Part shown: positions 8,683 through 14,837 of the stretch, piece after piece
Position numbering within the stretch: position 1 is the stretch's first letter
Layout of the letters: the number at the start of each line of letters is the position of its first letter
Assembly (NCBI GenBank): GCA_036006905.1
Contig: DASYPF010000152.1
Location: 1 to 32,536, forward strand
Reading direction: 5' to 3'
DNA: 32,536 bases
Source: Acidobacteriota bacterium
GTDB taxonomy: Bacteria > Acidobacteriota > UBA6911 > JACQSX01
Made by a program: the position numbers and the translations under genes
The notes under the pieces: generated by a model
Database searches by the model: none
What the model saw: the letters and a program-made list of their open reading frames with translations, nothing else
Told to the model about the DNA's origin: nothing

Positions 8683-8725
8683 CTTCCAGTGTGCTTCTTT
8701 TACGAGCACACCGGCACGCTGGAAG
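8683..8725 (+). promoter_or_regulatory. Stem-loop in the putative rnc leader
   Basis: cttccagtgtgc at 8683-8694 pairs with gcacgctggaag at 8714-8725 (12 bp, 1 mismatch). An alternative inner stem gtgtgct/agcacac exists. The structure lies 30 nt upstream of the rnc ATG. Confidence 0.4.
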
Positions 8726-8754
8726 CGAGCGCACCCGGGGCCCTTTTACTGTTT

Positions 8755-9465
8755 ATGAGTGACGAATTCTCAGACTTGCAGGCCCTGCAGCAAGCCCTGC
8801 AATATCCGTTCAAGGATCCTTCCTTCCTCGAGCGCGCGTTAACCCACAAGTCTTACTGTTACGAGCACCCCGACGCAGGTTTGTTTCATTACGAATCGCT
8901 GGAGTTTCTGGGTGACGCTATCCTGGGTTTTGTAATCAGCGACTTGATCTTTCGCCAGATACCGCTTTCCACTGAAGGAGAGCTTTCCAAGATCAAGGCT
9001 CATCTGGTAAGCGCGAAGAACCTCCTCCAATTCGCTCTGAGACTGGAGCTGGGCCGTTTTCTTCGTCTCAGTTATGGAGAAGAAAAGACCGGCGGGCGGA
9101 CCAAAGAGGCGCTAATGGTGGACTCTTTCGAAGCCGTGATCGCCGCCATTTATTTGGATGGAGGGATCGACGCCGCGCGGCAATTTATCGAACAACAATT
9201 CAGTTCCAGCTTGCAAAGCCTGGATTCCAGCAGTTTCACTTCTCCGGACTACAAGTCTCGCCTGCAGGAGCGACTTCACCAACTGGCACAGACAGAGCCA
9301 ATCTATCTTTTGGCCCATGAATCCGGCCCGGATCATCGCAAGCACTTTGTCGTCAAAGTGATCTCCGGCGGCGAAGTGCTGGCCTTGGGTGAGGGCAAGA
9401 CAAAGAAGGAAGCGCAACAGAATGCCGCCGAAGCGGCGCTTGAAAAACTGAAGGATAGGGGATAG
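8755..9465 (+). CDS. rnc: Ribonuclease III
   Basis: The RNase III signature is ALTHKSY...ESLEFLGDAILGFVISD. The catalytic region includes DSFEAVIAAIYLDGG. The C-terminal dsRBD reads HRKHFVVKVISGGEVLALGEGKTKKEAQQNAAEAAL. The family-consistent start is ATG 8755 (MSDEFSDLQAL). Confidence 0.93.
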   Translation: MSDEFSDLQALQQALQYPFKDPSFLERALTHKSYCYEHPDAGLFHYESLEFLGDAILGFVISDLIFRQIPLSTEGELSKIKAHLVSAKNLLQFALRLELGRFLRLSYGEEKTGGRTKEALMVDSFEAVIAAIYLDGGIDAARQFIEQQFSSSLQSLDSSSFTSPDYKSRLQERLHQLAQTEPIYLLAHESGPDHRKHFVVKVISGGEVLALGEGKTKKEAQQNAAEAALEKLKDRG

Positions 9466-9470
9466 TTTTG

Positions 9471-9689
9471 AGTCGCAGGTCGCAGGTCGAAAGTCGCAAG
9501 TCAACCATCAATTTCCAGGTTCAAGGTTCCGGGTTTCAGGTTCAAGGTTTCGGGTCCAAGGTTCCGGGTTTCGAGTTTTCAAGTTCCAAGTTCAGGGCTA
9601 CGAATCTCGAGGTTTTGAGTTTCTGGAACCCGGAACCTTGAACCCGGAACCTTGAACCCTTTGACCTTTGACTTGCGACCTTCGACTTG
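9471..9689. repeat. Nested two-family palindrome: outer (GTCGCAG/GTCGAAA)n arms enclose inner (GGTTCAA/GGTTCCG/GGTTTCG)n arms
   Basis: The outer arms are 9471-9505 (agtcgcaggtcgcaggtcgaaagtcgcaagtca) and 9657-9689 (ccctttgacctttgacttgcgaccttcgacttg). The inner arms are 9517-9595 and 9617-9658 (ggaacccggaaccttgaacccggaaccttgaaccc). It fills the gap between the convergent genes rnc and CPBP. Confidence 0.9.
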
Positions 9690-9696
9690 ATTGTTC

Positions 9697-10488
9697 CTAT
9701 TTGATTCCAATGAACCAATAGCCGATGACAACGATCCAGTCATATGCGGCGTGTGCGACCAGCGGGACAAGTAAGTTTTGTCTCCAGATGTAGGCCAGCC
9801 CGAACAGCAAGCCCAGAACGGTCGCGCTGGCGGCGTTGTCCCACCCCTGCAGGTAATGAGCAGAACCGAAATAAAGCGTGAAGACCGCAAGACCGGCGTA
9901 GATCCCGCCCAGATATTTTTCAAATCGCCTCAACACAAAAGCGCGCTGTACTTCTTCCTTTATCCCTCCGGAAAATGACACCATTACCAGGAACCAGATA
10001 ACATCTCTGGGCGTCTTGATCATCGACAGTAGTGGGTTCTGTTCGGTTACCAAATGGGGAAAATACTTTCTGAAAAAAACTCCCACTAGGGAAGTCGCTA
10101 GAAAGAGAGCGGGTACGAGGGCCAGCCCGATCAGGGCTTCACGCAAATATCGAGAACAGGTTCCAGACACAGTTTGCCACGACTCGTTTCGTGCTCTTAG
10201 AATCAGAGCAATGGTTGCAAGGACAAACAGGCTGTCGCAGATAACAAAGGCGGCCAGCAATCGAGATGACCGGAGAATCAATGAAGTTTTGAAACCAAGA
10301 AAATAAAAAATGCCCTGGAATACCAGTGTGGCCAACAGGTCTGTAGCGAAAATTATTTCCAGCAGAGCCTGAAACCGTCTGGCCCGGATTGCGCTCGTTG
10401 AATCAGCCTGTCGAATTTCGGGACTGTTTTGCCGCAAATGAAGGCGGATGAACGCGAATGCTTTTGAGTTGTCTCTTTTTCCTGTCAT
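9697..10488 (-). CDS. CPBP-family intramembrane glutamic endopeptidase (CAAX protease/Abi-like)
   Basis: This is a multi-pass membrane protein with the family motifs EEVQR (EExxxR), FGSAHY (FxxxH) and HAAYD (HxxxD/N). The first ~19 codons lie inside a palindromic element, so the true start may be internal. Confidence 0.75.
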   Translation of the reverse strand: MTGKRDNSKAFAFIRLHLRQNSPEIRQADSTSAIRARRFQALLEIIFATDLLATLVFQGIFYFLGFKTSLILRSSRLLAAFVICDSLFVLATIALILRARNESWQTVSGTCSRYLREALIGLALVPALFLATSLVGVFFRKYFPHLVTEQNPLLSMIKTPRDVIWFLVMVSFSGGIKEEVQRAFVLRRFEKYLGGIYAGLAVFTLYFGSAHYLQGWDNAASATVLGLLFGLAYIWRQNLLVPLVAHAAYDWIVVIGYWFIGIK

Positions 10489-10539
10489 TCGCTTTGGCTC
10501 TTAAAAAGCATTCGCATTCATCAGCGTTCTTTTGCGGCC
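10431..10539. repeat. Minimal member of the GGCCGCAAATG-terminus palindromic (MITE-like) family, straddling the annotated CPBP start
   Basis: The left arm at 10431-10465 is gccgcaaatgaaggcggatgaacgcgaatgctttt. The right arm at 10504-10539 is aaaagcattcgcattcatcagcgttcttttgcggcc. They show 31 of 35 matches as reverse complements, with a 38-nt loop. Confidence 0.8.
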
Positions 10540-10713
10540 ATGTTCTCACGATCTGAAAGTTGTCACTTCAAAAAAGAAGTTGAACCATTCTCCCTTCGGT
10601 CCTGATAATAGTTTCGAATCGAGCAGGCTGGGAGCGAATCCAAGGCAGAGTCGCATCTGCTGCCACTTTAGGTTCGGGAAGCAGTAGGATGAAAAAATAC
10701 ATTTTTCCGGATC

Positions 10714-10742
10714 TTGCAAAGCGATGTCGTTCAGAATAAAAA
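10714..10742 (+). promoter_or_regulatory. Possible sigma70-type promoter for the acidic protein gene
   Basis: TTGCAA at 10714-10719, a 17-nt spacer, then TAAAAA at 10737-10742. It lies about 48 nt upstream of the ATG. This is a sequence match only. Confidence 0.25.
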
Positions 10743-10789
10743 GGGAGTACCTTGATGTCATTACTACTGAATATGGGCAGGGAGGAATA

Positions 10790-11125
10790 ATGGAGAACAT
10801 TGAGCGCCAGACTCTCGAGTCGTCTTTTCTTTTTGGCGGAGATGGTCGACCGATGTGCCAAAAGATGTCGCCGCGCCGCAAAGAGGATGAAGGACTGGAA
10901 GACGAAGATTCCGACGATGTGGATGATTTGGACGAGAACGATCTGGACGAAGAAGAAGATTTTGAGGACGAAGACTTCGAAGACGACAGCCTGGATGACT
11001 ATGAGAAAGATGACCTCGATGACTACGATGATGACGATGAAGATGAATTTGATGACGACCTGGATGACTACGAAGATGAAGATGAGGAGGATTTCCTGGA
11101 TGACGAGGACGAAGAAGAATATTGA
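10790..11125 (+). CDS. Small poly-acidic protein (111 aa) with an 80-aa C-terminal tail of ~74% D/E punctuated by F/Y/L
   Basis: AGGGAGGA at 10778-10785 lies 4 nt before ATG 10790. Synonymous alternation (GAT/GAC, GAA/GAG) supports the D/E frame. The sequence is MENIERQTLESSFLFGGDGRPMCQKMSPRRK + EDEGLEDEDSDDVDDLDENDLDEEEDFEDEDFEDDSLDDYEKDDLDDYDDDDEDEFDDDLDDYEDEDEEDFLDDEDEEEY. Low-complexity DNA keeps other frames open, so coding status is not certain. Confidence 0.55.
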   Translation: MENIERQTLESSFLFGGDGRPMCQKMSPRRKEDEGLEDEDSDDVDDLDENDLDEEEDFEDEDFEDDSLDDYEKDDLDDYDDDDEDEFDDDLDDYEDEDEEDFLDDEDEEEY

Positions 11126-11731
11126 TGAAACGTCGTCCTGGATGTGTTGCCACTAGCAGGGTGCTGAAAAACTCACGGCAAAGGCGCGAAGAACGCGAAG
11201 GTAATCAAATGAACTTCTTGATAATAAAGGGATTCCAATAAATTGCATCGGAATCCAAGAATTTGAATTAACGATTCTGATCCTATCGCGGTTAGGAAAC
11301 TAAGAAGTTTGGGGGGTGCTTAGTCTTCCAGCACTGGCGGGTACTTCCTACAACTGTTTAATCTTAAAAAACTTTGCGAGTTTTCAATCACGCATGGGCA
11401 CGCAAATTGCTGCTGTCGCATGGGTTGATCGATGAGGGTAGAGTTTGCTCGACACGTTTGGCGCTGCGAGTAGCGTCGTTATTTTTGCCTGCAATGGGGA
11501 AGAACGGAAGAATTTGCTTTCCGGACAGATACTTGGTTAGACGCAAAAAAATACTCGTTTCGGCGCTCGCAGCATTGAATGATTCAATTGTGTAAGTTTA
11601 TAGGGTCGAAGTATTTACATGGCATAGTTGTTATGCTTAAATCAAAATGCTTATTGTTGAAAAGCGGGCATTTTATTGATTTCCCGAGTAATAACCAATT
11701 TAAAAGCTTGGCAAGTTACAGGAGGCCAGTT

Positions 11732-14059
11732 ATGACGCGAGTGAGCAAGTTGTTGATTCTGCTAATGGTGTTGGCGCTGAGCTTGTGTGTCGGTTCGGCG
11801 CAGTCTGGGTCTGCAAGTCCAGACCAATCACAGGCGCAAGATAAATCCACTAACACAAAGAAGGCGCGAAAGTCGAACAACACGCAGTCTCAGGACGGGC
11901 AGACAACGCCGGTGCAGACGACCACATCGGAGACAAACGGGTCGGCAAGCACGAGCTCGCAACCTCCGACTACGACAAGTGCCGCGCAGGCTGGTTCTAC
12001 GACAATCACGGCGACCATCAAAACGGCGGGCAGTCCTTACAAATCCCGCATCAAGTGGCTGCAGCCCACTCTGCAGGGAACGGGCGGCTTGTTCAACGTC
12101 TTCAGTGCTGAATCATTCCGCAAGGGAGAGTTCAGCCTGCAGGCGGGTGTGAACAACTATGATCGGGATCCTGGAGACATCGACATCACCGACTTCCCGG
12201 TCACGTTTACGCTGGGCTTGGCCGACCGGCTTGAGTGGTCCCTGGGTTGGATCGCTCAACGGCGAGTGGATGCCGATAACATTCTCTCTTTTCAGACATC
12301 TCCGCTCGGCCCGGTTCGTCCCACGCGCATCAATGCGCAGGGCGTTCCTGTTGCCTACTACAATGGAACTCCTTTTGTAGATGTTCGGTTCGGGGAGGGG
12401 ATGTCCGATCTTTTCAGCAGCCTGAAGTTGAACCTGATGTCCGAACATCGCAACCAGCCTTTTGGCTTAGCCTTGAGAGGCAACGTCAAGCTCCCCTCGT
12501 CTCGTCATCAGGAAAGTCTGACGGGTGGCCGCACGACCGGCCAGGTGGATGGTGGAATCGAGCTGCTGGCTTCAAAGTACGCCGGGTCCGCCACGTTGAT
12601 GTTCAACACCGGGGTCCAGTTTGTGGGAGATCCACGCAACGTGGAGTTGCAGAACGAATATCGATATGGCGCTGGAATCGCCATCGGCACGCATCCGATT
12701 CAGTGGATCTTTGAAGCGAACGGTACCGTCTGGTGGGGTGACAAGACCGGCGGCGCCGACTTCGCCAATCCTTACAGTCCCCTGGACCTGGTAGCCGGCA
12801 TTCGATGGTTACCGGCAAAGCCTTTCTCGGTAGGCGCCGGCTATCGCTACAATGCGCGCACCTGGCCCGGCGAAAGCAGGATTAGCGGCGCCCGCGAAAC
12901 GGATCATTCGGGCTACCTGGTCACCGTGTCGTTTAACCGCAAGGTCAATCGGCCTCCGACGGTGGAGTGCACGATTGATACCGCCACTATTCAACAGCGT
13001 GGCCATGCCACCATTAAGGCTTCCGTCAACGATCCGGACGACAGCGAAGTCTCCATCACCTGGAGAACGACCGGTGGAAAGCTGGTCGGCACGGGCGACA
13101 CCGTCACGTTTGAGACTGGTGATTTGACTGAAACAGCGCCGGGACGTTACACGGTCACCGCGGAAGTCAGCGATGGAACCAACACTGCAACCTGCAGCGT
13201 TGACGTTACTGTTGAGAAACTGAAGCTGGCACCGACGGTCACCTGCGAGCCGACTTCTCAGACGGTGAGGGCGGGCGAAACAGTCACCATCCGAGCCGTA
13301 GCTTCCGATCCCAATCCGGGCGATACCGAGAAGCTGACGTATAGCTGGGAAGTGGACGGAGAAAAGCAAGCAGAGACCGGCAGTACTTTCACGTTCGGAA
13401 CCTCTGGTCGCAGCGCCGGAAGACACACGGTGAAAGTCACGGTAACCGATCCGGACGGCTTAACAGCGACCTGCGAAGTCACGGTTGAAATTCAGGCTCC
13501 GCCTGCGCCGCCAGAAGTGCATTGCGACGGAGTAGACCTGGATAAGACTCAGGTCAATGCGGGCGAATCGATCCGCGCCACTGTCCGGGCCAGAGGTGAG
13601 GGCCTGACCTATCAGTGGTCGTTGGATGGCAATGTCCTGTCCGGCAAGACGGATTCCAGCATCACCGTCGATACCACCGGGCTGGGCGCAGGATCCCACA
13701 CCGTCAGTGTTAAAGTCACCGGCGCAAGTGGAATGACGGCTCCTGAAGATTGCCGCGCGAGCTTCAGCGTGGGCGTTAAGGTTGAAGGTTACGAGCTGGT
13801 ATGGAACACCGATAAAGCACGGCTCGATGAAGTTGCGACCCGGCTGGAGAGTGACCCAAGCCTGATCGCAGTCATCACCGGCCACGACAAAGGCAAGACT
13901 CCGCAACTGGCCGAGCGCAATGGACTGCGTCTTGCGCAGCGCGCCAAGCGGTTCATCGTCGTGGATCGCAAGCACCGCGGTCTGGCGGATCGGATCGAGG
14001 TGAAAGGTGGTGATGCTCGCACTCCGCGAACACTCACCATCGAAGTCCGGCCGAAGTAA
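11732..14059 (+). CDS. Envelope protein: signal peptide, S/T/Q-rich linker, predicted beta-barrel-like region, 3 PKD/Ig-like repeats and an OmpA-like C-terminal domain
   Basis: GGAGG at 11721-11725 lies 6 nt before ATG 11732. The signal peptide is MTRVSKLLILLMVLALSLCVGSAQS. Alternating-hydrophobic strands include FSLQAGVNNY, GYLVTVSF and AGIAIG. Three ~90-aa repeats each carry a Cys pair (PTVECT...ATCSVDVTVE, PTVTCEP...ATCEVTVEI, EVHCDG...DCRASFSV). The C-terminus LIAVITGHDKGKTPQLAERNGLRLAQRAKRFIV resembles the OmpA_C pattern. Confidence 0.75.
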   Translation: MTRVSKLLILLMVLALSLCVGSAQSGSASPDQSQAQDKSTNTKKARKSNNTQSQDGQTTPVQTTTSETNGSASTSSQPPTTTSAAQAGSTTITATIKTAGSPYKSRIKWLQPTLQGTGGLFNVFSAESFRKGEFSLQAGVNNYDRDPGDIDITDFPVTFTLGLADRLEWSLGWIAQRRVDADNILSFQTSPLGPVRPTRINAQGVPVAYYNGTPFVDVRFGEGMSDLFSSLKLNLMSEHRNQPFGLALRGNVKLPSSRHQESLTGGRTTGQVDGGIELLASKYAGSATLMFNTGVQFVGDPRNVELQNEYRYGAGIAIGTHPIQWIFEANGTVWWGDKTGGADFANPYSPLDLVAGIRWLPAKPFSVGAGYRYNARTWPGESRISGARETDHSGYLVTVSFNRKVNRPPTVECTIDTATIQQRGHATIKASVNDPDDSEVSITWRTTGGKLVGTGDTVTFETGDLTETAPGRYTVTAEVSDGTNTATCSVDVTVEKLKLAPTVTCEPTSQTVRAGETVTIRAVASDPNPGDTEKLTYSWEVDGEKQAETGSTFTFGTSGRSAGRHTVKVTVTDPDGLTATCEVTVEIQAPPAPPEVHCDGVDLDKTQVNAGESIRATVRARGEGLTYQWSLDGNVLSGKTDSSITVDTTGLGAGSHTVSVKVTGASGMTAPEDCRASFSVGVKVEGYELVWNTDKARLDEVATRLESDPSLIAVITGHDKGKTPQLAERNGLRLAQRAKRFIVVDRKHRGLADRIEVKGGDARTPRTLTIEVRPK

Positions 14060-14070
14060 GCTCGATGCTC

Positions 14071-14098
14071 GTAGAGACGCGGTATACCGCGTCTCTAC
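14071..14098. terminator. Perfect 12-bp palindrome (TAGAGACGC family) 3' of the envelope protein gene
   Basis: The sequence is gtagagacgcgg-tata-ccgcgtctctac, 12 nt after the stop codon. No T-tract follows, so terminator function is uncertain. Confidence 0.4.
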
Positions 14099-14166
14099 CA
14101 AGGCGTAGGCCGGTCACGCCCCGTAAAGGCCGACGCTTTGACCGGGTGTCGGAGAATTGATGTTAG

Positions 14167-14196
14167 GGAAGAGCCGCGATTTATGCGGCTCTTTCC
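14167..14196. repeat. Short palindromic element
   Basis: The sequence is ggaagagccgc-gatttat-gcggctctttcc, an 11-12 bp stem with one bulge. Confidence 0.6.
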
Positions 14197-14230
14197 TTTA
14201 GTGGCCGTCCTGGGCAGCTTCGCCGCGCTA

Positions 14231-14356
14231 AGCCCCGCACTAAGAATCTGTGAAAAAATCCGAGCCGCGACCGTTAGGGAGCGGACCCTCCGACGAGAGT
14301 CCGCTTGCTTACGCGCGCGGCTCAGTATTTTTTCACACGTTCTAAGGTGCGGGCCT
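14231..14356. repeat. ~125-bp palindromic element carrying the conserved core GAGCCGCGACCGTTAGGGAGCGG
   Basis: The left arm is agccccgcactaagaatctgtgaaaaaatccgagccgcg. The right arm is cgcgcggctcagtattttttcacacgttctaaggtgcgggcct. An inner agcggac...gtccgct stem is present. The core also occurs at 26367-26389, 27775-27797 and 27906-27928. Confidence 0.8.
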
Positions 14357-14374
14357 GGGCTTTAGACATCTTCG

Positions 14375-14667
14375 GCAGCCCGCGACTGCGGGCGAAAGCA
14401 TGTAGCCCCGGGTGGAGCGAAGCGAAACCCGGGGGTTACGAAAAAATATAAACGGGAGCCCGCCTTGGCGGGCGACAGAAAAGCCGATACCACGTACCGA
14501 CACCAGTGGGTTGTCGCGTGCTAACAACATCGGACTCACCCCTAAGCGCTATGGAATACCTGTCGCCTGCTATCGCGGGCTCGAATTGGTTTTGTTTCCC
14601 TAGATCCCCGGGTTTCGCTTCGCTCCAGCCGGGGCTACACGCTTTCGCCTGCCTACGGCGGGCTTGC
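14375..14667. mobile_element. ~290-bp MITE-like compound palindrome with ~60-bp terminal inverted repeats and no coding capacity
   Basis: The left TIR at 14375-14436 is ggcagcccgcgactgcgggcgaaagcatgtagccccgggtggagcgaagcgaaacccggggg. The right TIR at 14606-14667 is ccccgggtttcgcttcgctccagccggggctacacgctttcgcctgcctacggcgggcttgc. An inner pair is gagcccgccttggcgggcgacag with ctgtcgcctgctatcgcgggctc. Confidence 0.6.
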
Positions 14668-14781
14668 GCGGGGAAGCCGAGCAGAGACCGGTATTTGTAC
14701 TACAAGTGAACCGGCTCACCTTTTCTGGTCTCGACAACTGATAACTCTGGTGGCTGAATGATAGCCATTTGAACAGAGCCC

Positions 14782-14810
14782 TTGAAACTTTCCGAGGGTT
14801 CTCATACTCT
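14782..14810 (+). promoter_or_regulatory. Possible sigma70-type promoter for the BNR-repeat gene
   Basis: TTGAAA at 14782-14787, a 17-nt spacer, then TACTCT at 14805-14810. GGAGG follows at 14818-14822. This is a sequence match only. Confidence 0.25.
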
Positions 14811-14837
14811 GAGTAGCAGGAGGTTTTCCGGGGCCGT

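Noticed and set aside
9112-9923. ORFs 9112-9504 (-) and 9579-9923 (-) (MTCDFRPATCDSK..., ...VEGRKSKVKGFKVPGSRFRVPETQNLE...)
   Set aside because: They read through the nested hairpin arrays or are antisense to rnc and CPBP. The sequence is low-complexity and periodic.
10764-11156. Alternative-frame ORFs across the acidic tract (10764-11153 minus strand, 10800-11156 plus strand)
   Set aside because: The purine-rich low-complexity DNA keeps several frames open. Only the D/E frame has an SD plus ATG and a synonymous third-position pattern.
11374-11731. ORF 11374-11595 (73 aa) and the 5' extension of the envelope protein ORF from 11579
   Set aside because: They have no RBS and non-coding-like AT-rich composition. 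The strong GGAGG plus ATG at 11732 followed by a canonical signal peptide defines the real start.
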